From the human T2T-CHM13v2.0 reference genome, Homo sapiens: a DNA stretch of 64,000 bases. Positions 17,265-32,912 of the stretch are shown in pieces. The notes under the pieces are model-generated. The model searched no databases and was not told the origin of the DNA. It was given only the letters and a program-made list of their open reading frames with translations. The stretch is from the NCBI RefSeq assembly GCF_009914755.1, contig NC_060925.1; one strand, given 5' to 3'. The translations under genes and the position numbers were made by a program. How positions within the stretch are numbered: the first letter of the stretch is position 1; each line of letters begins with the position of its first letter.

Positions 17265-17450
17265 CGAGCCAGGTTCCTCTGTCTACCTCTGCTCTGCCTC
17301 TTACTAGGTGTGCAGTCTTACTAGGCAACCTCCTTCTGTCTCAGTTTTCTCATTTGTTAAATATGAATAATACCTCATAGGGCTGTTATAAGGATTGGAT
17401 GAGTTACCATAAGTCAAATGCTGAGAATAGTCACTCATGCATTGTAATTT
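17265..17450 (+). mobile_element. MIR SINE
   Basis: tctcagttttctcatttgttaaatatgaataatacctcatagggctgttataaggatt matches the MIR core. Confidence 0.65.
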
Positions 17451-18945
17451 CTCCAGCAACTCTTAGGCATTATCATTACCTTCACCACTGAAATAAAGAT
17501 CCATAGAACTCTGGCAGGTAACCAAGCAAGAGAGTCCTGATTGGGAGGAAGGACCTTTGGATCTCATCCTACAATGTTGTATCCTAATGCCTAGAGCCTG
17601 GCGCACAGTAGGTACTCAATAAAAATTTGTTATTGTTGAATTGTATAGAGTGGGGTTGCTGGTGCAGGGTAGGGAAGGAAGGACAGGACCCAGGGTCCTT
17701 TAGGCAATTGCCTGACTTCGGGAAAATGAGGCAGAAAATTGGTGAGGGTCTCCGGACTTGGGACCCAGGCACAGCTGGGATTCTGGGGCCACAGACTTGG
17801 GGACTGATCAGTGTGGGGAGCAGGAGAGGCAAGGGAGAGGGAAGAGTGAGAATGACTCTGACTGTGGCCAGCTCCATTCTTGGATAGGCAGAAATCTCGT
17901 GTTGAGTCTGTAATCAGCTCTTTAACTTGCATAGGATAGGAGTGTTGGGTCAATATTTCTGGTTATCAGGAGTCTTTTATGTAAAATGGAAATGATAATA
18001 CCAAAAATATGTCCTGCTTTTCTAAGTCATATGTTTGTTAGTAAGTATCAAATAAGGCTATACCTGTGAAAGTGCTTAATCAACTGTAAATTACCATGGA
18101 AATATTATGACCAGTATAATTTTCTATCTCATTGAAACCTTGATTCCTTAGCATGTCTTCAACTTTTCTGTCTCTGGGATATTTGCATTTTCAGAGAGAG
18201 TCTAGAAAAAAAGCCTTAATTATGTCAACGGAATGAATGGTGAAGACTGAAATATCAGAAAGGTGCTTCTGTGCCAGAGAACTTTCTAATCCTGCACACG
18301 AGTACTATGATCGCTGGGAGAGAAGAGCCAGGGAAGAAGGTTTAATAAAAGGGTGGCTGCAAAATGCTTCTAATTTCCATTACTGCTAACCTCCACAATT
18401 CTGTCTGTCCTTCTTTTTTAATCTCACTAAGTTGTAAAGTGTCACAGAGGGTCAGGATGGGAACTCTGTCCGTGAGGCTAAGGTGAAGGCAGGAATTGGC
18501 CTTGGGGGACTTCTGTCCCCAGAGAGTACAATGCCTGTTGCTTTTAAATATCTCTTATAAATAAATTGAAAATATCATGTTGCAGTAATATTGAATCCAC
18601 TTGTACACATGCAAAAATACCTCCAATGAACCCTCCAGGGAAATATTCCCCTTCAACTTCTTTCCTTGTGCATGTAAACCTCTTTTTTCAATATTGATCA
18701 ATCTACGTACAGCAAATCATGTATAGCAGGAAGCAACCCCTTCTTTTTTGAAAGAGGGAGTGTCATTCTCTTTCCATTTGGAAGATGATTGGGAGAGATA
18801 AGTTTGATTCTTATTTCCCACAGTTTAGTGAGGAATGAGTGGAACAAACTAAGGAAGGTTTTAGTTAGGGAAGTAACACAGTTCTGTAGAGAAATCACCA
18901 CCTAGTTGCATTTAAGGAGCTGTCAGCCTTGAAAGTTAAAAGAGT

Positions 18946-19073
18946 GGACTGGGCGCCGTGGCTCATGCCTGTAATCCCAGCATTTCGGAGGCCAAAGTGG
19001 GAAGATCGCTTGAGCCCAGGAGTTCAAGACCAGCCTGGGCAACATAGCAATACCCTATCATAAAAAAAAAAAA
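18946..19073 (+). mobile_element. Free left Alu monomer (FLAM-type)
   Basis: Single Alu arm with poly(A); TSD aaagttaaaagagtg at 18932-18946 and 19074-19088. Confidence 0.88.
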
Positions 19074-20019
19074 AAAGTTAAAAGAGTGAGTGAATTTCAA
19101 GTGCTTCCTGGCAGGTGAGGTATCCGCTGTTTATCCTCACACAGAAATGTTTTCTACCCTCCTTTTCATTGACTATCAGAGCTACCTGACCAGAAGAATT
19201 GCCCTTATGCATAATTTCCCTCTCAGCTCTCTTTCTCATGGATGTTGATTAGTTAATGCGTACATTTGCTTAAAGATATTAATTGAGCAGTATTTGATTT
19301 TATAGTATGGCTTTTAATAGTAGCAAAGTGTGTGGGTTCTGCTAAAAATTTACCCCCAAATGCAAAGTCTCTTTTCTCTTTGCACTCAATTTTAAGGAAT
19401 TCCATTCAAACATTGGTAAGAGAATACATTACTGCGAAGATGCAACGATGAGGACGGGGCAGCAGAATGGGGACAATGTGGCTGGGGCATGGGGTCAAGT
19501 CCAAATGAAGAGGTCAAGCTATTGAGAAAACAATTGAGGGCAAGATTGAGAGAAGTGTGAAGGAAACAAAAGAAGGGGTGAGTTCCAGTGCATGTGTAGA
19601 AATGAGGATACAGACTCAGATGATGCTGCACTCACAAATTCTTGGTAGGGAGGGCATCTTGAACCTAAGCACAGCTTGTCCTAGGGTCTAGACATGAAGA
19701 ATGAGAGAAGGGCCTGCTGGGGATCTTTCAGCATGAGGACATGCTTCTCAACCTCCTCCTGTTCATGGTCTACATAGAGAATGATCGCCATGGTATGCCA
19801 CATTGAGGTAAACTGAGGGGCTGCTGTCTGCACAGGGGGTCTGGCTCTGCAGCTTTTGACCTTCAGTGCCAGCCCAGCAACCCTGGAGACTTCAGGGGAA
19901 GGATATCTCCTGGCACACCAGTGATCTATCTGCAGCATGCTTGTTGGAAAGCTCTGGTTTGGGGAACCTACTTGTCTTCCCCAAGGGAGAGAGAACTGAG
20001 CTACACAAGCTTTTTTTGA

Positions 20020-20294
<275 letters not shown>

Positions 20295-20885
20295 TCAGAG
20301 ATAAAGGACAATTTTGAGTGTAGCATTCATTCTGCAGGACTCCGTCTAGCCCAGGCCACTGCATGTTAAACAATGTTTATTGGGCTCCTGCAAGTGCCAC
20401 ACTGTGTGCAGTGAACAGAGTGCTCCACTGAATATTGAAGAAGAGGAAACTGTTTTCTGAAATCTCGGAGACAGCCCAGCCCAAAGTTGGGAGGGCTTCT
20501 ACTGCATTATTGGTCAGACACTGTGGCCCTGGCTGTGGTGGGATGGGAGGCATTGGCACATTTGTAGCTCTGGCACCAGGAGCAGCTTCTTGGGGCTGGC
20601 ACTGCAGATTCAGAGGAAACAACAGGAGGCTGTGGCCTTGGCCATGCTGAAGGCTTTTCTCCCATGGTGTCCATGGAGACTTTGTGCTTTGGCATCACCT
20701 TTGAGTTTCAGAGACCTCAGGCATTGCAGCAGGGGAGAAGAAAAATGGCTGAAGCCACGTGGTGGCCGAGAGTACACTTTGGTGAGCACATATGGAGACA
20801 TATTTTGGGGATTTCCCCAGTAGATATGTTGACTTAGGAGGGAGGTTGGGATTCTCTAATGATGAGTAAGGGCAGTGTTAAGTAA

Positions 20886-21290
20886 TGCTAAGGAATGAAT
20901 GTTTGTGCCCTCCTTGTCCCCAAATTCAGATGCTGAAGCCCCAATTCTCAATACGATGGTATTTGGAAATGGGGCTTTTGAGAAGGAAGTATGGTTAGAT
21001 AATGTTATGAGGGTGGGGCCTAGGTCTGATGGGATTAGTGGCGTTATAAGCAGAGACATCAGAGAACTCGTTCTCTCTCTCCCCACCCACAGGCACTGGG
21101 GAAGGGCCACATGACCACACAGTGAAAAGGTGGCTGCCTACAAGCTGAGAGATGAGGCCTCGGAATGAAACCTGCCTGGCTAGTGTTTTGATCTTGGATT
21201 TTCCTGCCTCCAGAACAGAAAATAAATTTCTGTTGTTTAAGTCCTGGTCTACGGAATTTTGCTATGGTAAGTAGCCCGAGGGGACTAATA
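20886..21290 (+). mobile_element. ERVL-MaLR solo LTR (MLT1A-like)
   Basis: tgctaaggaatgaatgtttgtgccctcc...gatggtatttggaaatggggcttttg...aataaatttctgttgtttaag...gactaatac. Confidence 0.8.
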
Positions 21291-21945
21291 CTAATACTAA
21301 TAATACTAGTAATGGCCAAACCTTGCCATCACTCTTATTTTAACTCCAAAGATGTGCAGCCCAGAGAAACATCTATACATGCTTGAAGGCAAAGCCCATT
21401 CTCTAGCAACGGGTATTCTTTAAGCCACAGTACTTATGGTGGGCAACGGGTGTGGGCAGAGCAGACCCTCACGGTACCTCAGCTGGACTCTCTGCTGGGT
21501 CCTTACAGATTGTGCTACTTACTTTTCATGACAGCCTACAGAGTGGGTATCATTATCTCCACTTTACAGATGAGGAAAGTGAGATTCAGAGAGTAATTTC
21601 CTAGCAAGGATGGTATCCAGATTTGGATGCCTGTCATTTGATTTACACTCAAGTTCCCATTCTCTTGAGCAGAGCTTAAGCTAGGGAGTAGAGAAGCTAG
21701 TATTGTATCCAAGAGCTATCTAAATTTGAATTTCATATTCTTTTCACTCTATCACTCTAATTCTCTATACTCTGGGAAGACAGTTTGTTTTTCAACTATT
21801 TTAAGTCTCCATTTCATTCTTAAAAGAATCATATTTTACTCTTAAAAATACATAGTTAAATGTTATTAGAAAGTAAGACCTACATTTTCAAGAATTGAGA
21901 CAAAATGTCTTCCTTGCTTCTCTAATGAAAATTTGGTTTGGATAA

Positions 21946-22234
21946 TTTGTTTTGTTTTGTTTTTTAAGACAGGGTCTTGCTCTGTCACCCAGGCTGGAGT
22001 GCAGTGGTGGGATCTTGTCTCACTGCAACCTCTAACTTCTTGGCTTAAACGAGCCTCCCACCTATGGCCTCCTGAGTAGGTACAGGTGTGCACCACCACA
22101 CCCAGCTAATTTTTATATTTTTTTGTAGAGGGTTTTGCCACGTTGGTCAGGCTGGTCTTGAACTCCTGAGCTGAAGCAATCAGCCCAACTTGGCCTTCCA
22201 AAGTGTTGAGATTACAGGTGTGAGCCCTGCCTGG
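21946..22234 (-). mobile_element. AluJ
   Basis: T-rich tail, agacagggtcttgctctgtcacccaggctgg..., near-TSD tttggataattt / tttggatgattt. Confidence 0.88.
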
Positions 22235-22529
22235 TTTGGATGATTTTTACATGAAAGAAAGGGTCTGGTCAAAGCATTGATATAAGTGGATTGGACTCCC
22301 CATTACTTCACTTCTGTCCAAGAAGCTTCCATTTCTTGAGGGCTAGAGAAGGCAAGTTTGGGAAAGCTAGAGGGGGAACTGAAAAACAAGTGACTATATT
22401 AAATGCATTTATTGGGCCTAATAGCTGGTGAATTTGGTTGAAATTGAATATAAAATAGAACAATTGTGAGTCAGAGGTTAAATGAAGCCATTTGAAGGGT
22501 GTTTCGGGGAGACCATCTTCATCATCATC

Positions 22530-22700
22530 ATTATCAACACTGACAGTTATGTAGCATGCTAAGTACTTTCCATATATTACTGTATTTAATCTTCACAATG
22601 GCTCTAAAAGTAGGTACTGTTAATATCCCCATTTAACAGGTGAGGAAACTGAGACTTAGAGATATTGTTTCCCTAGGTCACTGGCTGGTTAACTGTGAAA
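22530..22700 (-). mobile_element. MIR SINE
   Basis: atccccatttaacaggtgaggaaactgagacttagaga is the reverse MIR core. Confidence 0.7.
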
Positions 22701-22759
22701 AATAAGGGATTTTGGTATTGCTGAGTGTTGCCTACATGAGTGGGGGCAATCGTGGTGTT

Positions 22760-23310
22760 GTGCCATTTGGGGGTGGTTTGATTTTGATTCACTAAGCAGG
22801 AAGATGTTAGTGAAGTTTAGGGGCAGAAGGTGATGTGTTTAGAGCAGTGGTTTAGGACAATTAGCCAGCCCTATCCACGATGTATTGAAGCAGGAAGATT
22901 GGTGCTCTGAAGACCAGCTAGGAAGGTATTGTGTGATTCAGAGGAGAGGAGATGAGTATTTGAATTGGGTGGTGGCAGGAGGTCTGGTAATGAGGGGATA
23001 GATGCAAGAGGCTGTCAAAGGAAGAGGGCATGGTCTCTGGATGAATACTGAAGTTGAAGAAGGATGAAGGACTTGAAGCTGATTTCAGGATTTCAGACTT
23101 GAGCAATGAAGGAACTATGAGGCCTTCAGCAGAAGTGGGAAGTGAGCAGGTGGAGCTTGTTTGGTTGGAAGAAGAGGAGTAGAGTAGGTGCCTTGAGCTT
23201 TAGTAGAGAATCTCTGGATGGACTTATAGAGCAGGCTGGCAAGAGGTCAGTTTTAGGGGTAGAGATTTGGGCAATACCTGCAAGGTGGTGATAGTTGTAA
23301 CCTTGGAAGT
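22760..23310 (-). mobile_element. L2 LINE fragment
   Basis: Purine-rich L2-like text (gatttcaggatttcagacttgagcaatgaagg; tagagatttgggcaatacctgcaaggtggtgatagttg). Confidence 0.5.
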
Positions 23311-26032
23311 GTGTGCTTCCAGGCTGGGCTCCTAAAGCCATGGGGTCCAACCTTGAACCATCCCTTGGGGCTTGGCTTGCTCATCTCATCCCTCTATCAG
23401 GCCTGTCATCTAGTCCAGGTTGAAACCTAGTATGGGATAGAAAATAACATCCTTCCTCAAGATGCTTTTCTGATATCTTCCACAAGTTTGTCAAAATAAC
23501 TATACAAATCTAAAATGATTATGAGAAAATGGTGCCCCCTGGAGTTGTGCAATATGCACAACAAGCACCAGCATAGTCATCCTGCATTAGCCCTTATGGT
23601 CCAGATATTTTGGCCTCCACATTCACCCCTCCTTCCAAGCTTTCCTGGCTGGGTTTGGCACATTGGCTCTGGACTGGGCACTTCTCAACCAAATCAATGC
23701 CACTGGGTTCTCCACTATTATGTGCCTCAGGTATCAGGTTCTGTAGCTGCTTCAGTGTTTCCCTAGCTCTCCCAGCCTCTCACTCTGTCCAAGGTCAAGA
23801 GAAAGGAAAGATTGAGATAGTAGAAAGATAGTCAATATCAGGACTTTAGGGATCACCACTCTTATAGGTGGAAGAGACAAAGTGACAAGAACGCAGAAGT
23901 TGAATGACTCAGAGCCCCAGTGTTTGGGCTCACAGTTCAGTACTTGTTCTACTGGCCTATGCTTCCTCCATTTTACAAGTCCCAGGCAGCAGTGCTTGAT
24001 CTTAAAAGCAGCCTTAACATATTATAAAATGCAAAGGCTGTATGTGTGTGGATTTATTTATTTATTCTCTAATAACTATTGTATCACTCAACTTATGTCA
24101 AACTAAATTGCAATTTCTGAACTGAGTACTGTCCTCCAGGTCAGTTCTCTTTCTGCCATTCTATACTCAGATGTCTCTTTTGTATGCAAGTACAGATTTT
24201 TCTCTGCTTGATTGGTAGACATCTAGAGACCAAGTGCTGCATCTGATTAATTTGTTTTTTATAACACTTAGCATGATGAAGCAGGCAGATAAGTGCTAAT
24301 AAGGGGTATTGGTGATTCTGTCATCTTCCTGGGAAGAGGTCTAGGTGGCTTCAAACATAGCTATTTGTTAACTTGTAGGTCAGTGGTAAGGATGGGAGCC
24401 AACAGGGTGATGGGAGGATAAGGAGTGGAGGGAGGTGGAAAGTTCTGTCTCAGAAAAAGCCATATTATCCACTCCTTTATAGTAGAAAAGCATTGGGAAC
24501 ATAATGGTTAATTTAATATTGGTATGTATGAACATACACATTGTGGCAAATTTCCAAAATTTTCTTTCTGTTAAACCTAACTTTGGTTCGTTACAAAATA
24601 TCAGGAACACCAAAGACACCTTGAAAGCTAATCAAATTGGCAAGTAGCAAAGCTTTGTAAAAGCAAAAAAGTTGAGGCTAAATTGATTGCTGTTTTGGTA
24701 AAATAATAGTTGGTTGTGCTGGATGGGGAGAAGCCAGTATTCTGAGGATTTAGGAAACGAAGTAATAGCATTCCTCCTTCACTTGCTAAGTTTAATGTAA
24801 TGCTGTCACAGCAAATCAGCTGCTTTTGACTGTTTACCTGGAAGTATTTGAGTAACAATTTGATGATTAAGGCAGATGGTGTAGTGAAACATCCTATGTT
24901 ATGTTTTCTTATAGGTGATATTCTAAGCATTCAATTTGTCAGTTTCTGAGATTTTCTTTCCATCTTAGTTTTTTAGAAGTCAGAAAATGACTTTTCACAT
25001 TCAGTTAGGGTATATAACAATGTTAACGTAAGTTTATGAGCTGAGTAGGTAGTTAATAAACATCCTTTTAAGTTGTAATGCTTTGAAATAGCATATTAAA
25101 GGGTTGCAAGGGAAAATTGGAACATCAGTGTGAGTTATTTTACAGTCATTTGTAGGTCTGTTTGTGACCTTGGCCTTTTCACACTTGTTTGTCTATCACC
25201 TTTAGTATATTACTCTTTGGCACAGGTTGTCTAATCACATTAATTTTTGCATCAAAAATCCCTTGGTTTAGTGATTCTTAATGATGTTTATTTTGGAAAG
25301 TCATGGACCTGAATTCTTTGAGTAGTTCATGAAAACCATATACCTTTCCCAGAGAAATGGGGTGCATATAATTTCAGGAAGTTCAAGGTAGGGAAAACAA
25401 GCTAAAAATCCCAACTTATTTCATCTCGAGAACTTAAATTGCCAGCTGTATTCTCCTTCTTCCCTTTCCTGAACCCCTTCATTTGCCCCTTCCTAAACCA
25501 GCAACTGCACAGAGTGGCGAGTAAGAACACAGCTTATAGTAGCAGATCAATCCGGAGTAAAACAGATACCCACTGACTCTGCTTCAAGAATACTGTGCTA
25601 ATGAAGGCGAGATACTAAATTTGAACCAAGCCCACTTAAATCATGAATTCATATAACAAATAGCACTTGAGCACCCACTATATTCCCGGCTCTGAAACAG
25701 GTCTGAAAATGAACAGTGACTAAGATGTGACTCCCAAGGGGTTCAAGTCCAGTGCTGTAGATCAGCTTAGAAACAATTAGTAAAATACCAGGTCTTGGTT
25801 CCTTTACAAGGTCAGATAGCATCTTGAATCCTAACCAAGTCACCTCACAGATGCATAGTTTCTAATAAAAAGGACTGACAAAATTTCATGGGAAATACAC
25901 CTAAAAAATGTACGTTTTATTAACCACAAGCACCTCTGTACAGATTTGTCTAGACATTTCCAGTGTTGGAATACTTCTGTTGTGTAAGTTCCTGGAAATG
26001 GACTTGCTAGATCAAAAGGTTTGAGTATTTAA

Positions 26033-26599
<567 letters not shown>

Positions 26600-27621
26600 T
26601 AGCCTTCCGCCAAATGCTCACCTCCCAGTTTCTCTCCCATCGGCTGTTCTGGGCCTGGTCTCCATTGCTGCTGGCCTGCTTTGTCCCTATTCTCGTCTCC
26701 AGCAGCACATCAGGGCCTCTAGGAGTGAAATTTATTGCGCCTTTCTCTAGACCTTTGAAACAAAGAGCATTCCTGTCTTTTCCCTTGCAGGAAGGGAAAG
26801 TGGATTTAGCTAAGCATGGATAAGATTCTGGGTTGAGGAGGAGAAAAGGGATAAGGAGGGAAGAGAGAGATAATGTATTTTTCATTTAGCAGTGGCATCA
26901 AGCTTTTCAATTTTACTTTGGTCATTAGAGAATTTTTTTCGTTGCGTGTGACTTTTTGTTGATGCTGGCTTGGAAGTGAGAACTCCGTGGCCTGGCCTTC
27001 AAGAATCACAAAGGTCAAGGCTACTACCAGCCCACTACCCTCATGCCAGGCATATAAAGTGCTACCATAGGTGCGAGGTTAGACACAAATGGCACCTCTG
27101 CATACATTTTTAAAAGCATCAGGTGGAGGCAGTCCTAAGCCTTTTCTTCAGGCGAACTCAACTCGAAGCCAGAATGCCTGGTTTGGTAAGAAAAAGGCAG
27201 GTTGTACTTCAGCCCCCACTTACATTCTTGGCTACATGTCTTTGTGCAGTAACCTATGAAACTGCACACAGCAGTCCTCACGGTAGTTTCCATACCTAGC
27301 TGCTGCTCTAAGGGTCTCTGTGTCAGTGGCTTCTAGTGTGCTCAGGGAGACACACATATGACCTGAGGACTGAGCAGAGGCCTCAGCCTCAACAAATTCA
27401 TCTTCCTTCAAACTTCCCTGCCTCGACTGACTGCCCTGTCTGCCTCTTGCCTAATATCTCTCCCGTGCCCTGGAAGCAGCCACATTGAGGTGTTTTGCTG
27501 TAATATGTCTTGTTTTAGTTAGAGCAAGTTTTGTGTTCAGCTTTGGTTGATGGCCCAGCTGTGCTGGCACCTCTGAACCCAAGGCATGTGTCATTGGCTT
27601 AACCTTGCTGGTGATAAGGCT

Positions 27622-28285
27622 GTGTAAGTTAATGCTAGCTGCCGTAACAGAGACACTCTGAAATCCCAGCTGCCTACCACAAGAGAATTTTGTTTCTAAC
27701 TTACAAAGCAACCCAATGGCTGTGTTCAATGGACAGTTGGCCCTCTGTATCATGGGTTCTGTATTTGTGGATTCAACCAACCATAGCTCAAAAATACTTG
27801 AAAAAAAAATGGAGAAGAACAATACAGTATAATAACTATTTACATAGCATTTACATTGTATTAGGTATTATAAGTAACCTAGAGATGATTTAACCTATAT
27901 AGGAGGATATGCATAGGTTACACGCAAATACGATATCATTTTATAAAAGGAACTTGAGGATCCTTGGATTTTGGTATCTGTGGGGATTCTGGAAGCAACC
28001 CTTCCTGGATACTGAGGGACACCTGTAGTGATTTAGGGATCAAGGCTCCTTCTATCTCCCTGCTTTGCCATCTTAGCCTGAAGCAGCAGGAGAGAGAGAG
28101 GGTGGAGATGGCCTCATTTTGATTTGAGAATGACCTATATCACTTCTGCTCAGAGCCTATTGGTAGGAACTGGTCACATGGGGCCTGAGTGCAGAGGCTG
28201 CTGGGAATGCTTCTCCAAAACAGTTTTATAGCATGGAAGGGGATGGCTAAACTTTGGTGGCAGAAGGCTGTCTCCACCACAGGGG
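27622..28285. mobile_element. Old MaLR-type LTR (MLT1 family) interrupted by MER2
   Basis: gctagctgccgtaacagagacactctgaaatcccag... on the left and cacttctgctcagagcctattggtaggaactggtcacatgg on the right of MER2. Confidence 0.5.
27734..28025 (-). mobile_element. MER2 (TcMar-Tigger DNA transposon)
   Basis: Terminal inverted repeats cagttggccctctgtatc / gatactgagggacacctg; internal tatttacatagcatttacattgtattaggtattataagtaacctagagatgattt. Confidence 0.85.
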
Positions 28286-28774
28286 CTGAGCTGAAAACGG
28301 CATCAGGGTCTCTAGCTTCCTCTTCTCTGCCCAGTGGTTACCCTTTTCTTCCGTGGGGAGAAATCCTTATACTTATTGATTGACGGGCTTTGCCCAGAGA
28401 TTAAGTTAATTGAGGCTTCAAGTAGGAAGAGAGAGGTGAGGAGAAAGAGGTTTTAACCTTTCTTGATCAGATTTGCCTCTGTTCCTGCCCCACAGAGTGA
28501 GCGCAAACCCCTTCCCAGTCTCCCGCTGCTATCCATTTTCTCATTCCTCGGATCCCAAAGCAAAGTCACAGATACATTCGCGTGGGGATCATTCGGGACC
28601 CCTCCCTGGTTCCCTGTCCTGGTTTTTTTTTTTTTTTTTTTTTTTGCTGATTTTGCCTTTTAATAAAGGCAGCTTCCTCCCTTCCTGTGTTTGCTGAGGT
28701 GGGTGGGAGTGGGAGGACAGCTCTTGGAGTTCTGGAGAAGCTCAGGGAATCAACCAAGTCTGACACAGGCCAGT

Positions 28775-28925
28775 GAAGCCCGCGGGAGGCGCGGCCGCGT
28801 GGCTGCGGAGGTGTGCTTGCTCAGTGACGTCAGGCGCGGCTGCCGTTGCCTCGGCAACCTCACCTGATCCGAATGCCGTGGGCACACACGCTGACTTCTG
28901 GGCTCTCTGCTTTAGTGACGAGGAG
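28775..28925. promoter_or_regulatory. Small CpG-rich promoter-like element with CRE, RFX X-box and MYB core
   Basis: The only clear non-Alu CpG cluster in the window: GCGGCCGC 28791-28798, TGACGTCA 28825-28832, CCGTTG (CAACGG on minus) 28843-28848, GTTGCCTCGGCAAC 28845-28858, half-CRE TGACG 28916-28920. Confidence 0.7.
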
Positions 28926-29459
28926 CTAAAAATGAATCGCACTATCCCGAAAAAGCAACTTAATCATCAGGAGATACTATCAAGTACTCATGCAACCTGT
29001 AGGTGGAGACTGCTCAGGGGAGTGGATGATGTTGGAATAACCTGAAGGACACGTGGGGGACCAGGAATTCTTTCTTTTCACATAAGATCTTTATGTCTTT
29101 CCAGTTTCCTTTTTCCAAAAGGAAACTGCTAGTTTGCCGTCTAACAGTGCTGTTCAGTTCCACCTGTTTCACATGTAAAGTCTCATTGAATTACGTGGCC
29201 CATTACCCGTGAGGGTTCTGGAAATATCACAGAGGTGGGCACCATTAGATGCCAACATGGTAGAGAAGGGGAAATGCCTCCACTCAAAGCCTACAGATCC
29301 TCAGCTACCCACGTTCAACAAATGTGTTCTTTTTCCTCTCATGCTTGTTTTTTGAGCCGCTGAGATGTTCGAATGTGCCAATTTGAATTACATGCAAGAA
29401 GCAGGTCACAAGAACTAGTGGTTGAGACAGAATTGCTTTAGTGGCCAAACACCTAGGCA

Positions 29460-29640
29460 TTTGCATGACACTGACCCACTGGCTCTACCACTTCCTGGCT
29501 GTGTGATCTTGACCCAATTAATTAACATCACTGAGCTTCAGTCTCATTGTAAAATGATAGCAATAGCTACTCCATGGAGTTTTAAGGAATAAGTGACATA
29601 ATGCATGTAAAGTGCTTCAATAGGTACTCAAATAAATGAT
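29460..29640 (+). mobile_element. MIR SINE
   Basis: ggctctaccacttcctggctgtgtgatcttgacccaattaattaacatcactgagcttcagtctcattgtaaaatg. Confidence 0.7.
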
Positions 29641-30699
29641 GGTTATTTCTCCTCTTTAGAATACTTCTTAAAATGCTTCTGGTCTGGGGCTGACATTTGC
29701 ACACACTGAGCCTTTGCACACATTAGAAAAAGTGCCTCAGCTGGCATACAAATTCAGCAAAGGTCCTTCCTCCTCCAGCCTAATGCAGGCCTGTGCAGGC
29801 TCCCAGAGGCTTTATGGTTTGGCAAAGAAAGAGTAACCTTCACATCAGCATGGAGCAGCCCTGGCTCTGAACTCCTACATCCCTAGTTTCTCTGTAATTT
29901 TCCTGGAAGGCAGCTTGGAAGAGTTAAGTCTAATAGAAACATTTAAAAGATTCAAAATACATAAGGGATGGGGAAGATGAAAGTTCTACATAGATCTAAC
30001 CATCCGAAATCAGGTGTCAGTTCAGCATTGCTGGTTTCCTCTCTCCTCTCACCACAGGCCTGCTTACTCCCAATGGCTACCCTACCTGTTACAAGCTGCA
30101 GGCAGCATCAGCAGCTTGTTTTTTTTTTTTTCTTCCTTCTTGTTATTATTATATTTTAAGGTTGGCTTGTTGTGAGCTGGCACTGGATAAGGTGTGACCT
30201 TGTTACAGGTGGTGTAGAACTTAGGAGAATTTGATGCCGGCTCCGAAAGCCCCTGCTCAAAGCTGGCTCCTTGGGACTGTTTTCTCCATTGGGGTGCAGC
30301 TATGATGAGTATTAGAACCATTCACTCAATATGCATTTGCAGAGCAATATCATACACCACAGCCTGGTCTGAACTCTGGGATCTGACAGGTTGGACATAG
30401 TCCCTGTTCACAGGGGACTTGTATTCTAATGTGGGAGAAGAAAGAAAGTGGTCATTTGGTCTTGTATATATATGTACACCTGGGAATCCTTGATTGAATG
30501 CTTGGATTTTATATAAGAATAACATCCAGTTAGCATCTGGATGATTATAACTTTCTCCAAAGAGAATTTATCTCTGCTTCTGGCAGGCTGTTAAACTAGG
30601 GGTACATCACCTTAATCCTGTTTGGGATTGAGAAGATTCACAGCTGTGTTTCAGTTTTGTGTGAATTTTTCTATTTCTAAGTCACTTTTACTTCAAGGA

Positions 30700-31198
30700 T
30701 GTGTCTGCTGAATAATGACTCCCCAAAGACATCCACATCCTAATGCTCAGAATCTGTGAATATGTTGGGATATACAGCGAAGGAAGAAAAGTTGCAGTTG
30801 GAGTTAAAGTTGCTAATCAGCTGGCCTTAATATAGAGAATATCCTAGATTTCCGGGGTGGCTCCAACATAATCACACGGGCCCTTAAAACTGGAAGAGGG
30901 AGGCGGAGGAGGAGGTCAGAATGATGGACTGTGACGAGAACTCCATCTGGGCTTGCTGGCTTTGAAGATGGAGGAAGAGGGCCACCAGCTGAGGAATACA
31001 AGTGGCTTCTGCAAATTGGAAAAGGCAAGGAAACAGATTCTCCCCTAGAGCCTCCAGAGGGAAAGCTGCCACCTTGACTGGAGCTCAGTGAGATTATCGT
31101 CAGACTTCTAACCTACAGAGCTATAGGTTAGCACCATACCTTTGTGTGGTTTTAAGCCATTACATTTGTGGTAATTTGTTGCAATAGGATACTAATGT
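30700..31198 (+). mobile_element. ERVL-MaLR solo LTR (MLT1D-like)
   Basis: gaataatgactccccaaagacatccacatcctaat...ggaaaaggcaaggaaacagattctcccctagagcctccaga...ttttaagccattacatttgtggtaatttgtt. Confidence 0.85.
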
Positions 31199-31796
31199 AA
31201 GGGGTCCCTGCTGAAAGTCTTGAGTGTTTCTGAGAGCATCCTCTTGGTGGGTCCTGAACTCCAAGTTTTGTTTCCGTATCTCTGTGAGACTGCTAAAATC
31301 CTTCCCTTTTACCCAATGGTTTCTGCTTGCTGCTTACAAATCAGCAACTGCTTGGAGTGCAAGAGCTGTCCAGAATTCAGAATCACTTCTCTGCATTTCC
31401 TTTCTTTTAGGAATCAGTTCCCTCAGGTTTGGGCTGCCTTGGTAGCCCTGAATTCAAATATATGTCTCTCCAGCCATGTGGCACTTACCAGCTTCTCAGT
31501 GTGTAGCCTCAGGCTGCTTATGAATGAACAGATATATATGCAATAAATAATTGTGAGCTATTTGTTGCCGTTATCATTAATTGAGTTTAGGAAATCCTGG
31601 CTCAGCCTAATGGCTTTGGGCGAGTCATTGCCCTTCTCTGGGCTTCTTTTCGTTCATCTATATAATGAGGGTTTCAGATTAGATTATCTCCAGGTTCTTT
31701 TCCAGCTCTTGCTATCTGCAATTCTGGGGTGACCTCTATGTGCAGGAGAGCACTGTGTGGACTGGTTTTGTGAGGGTCTAAAAGGTGGAGTCCCTG

Positions 31797-32912
<1,116 letters not shown>

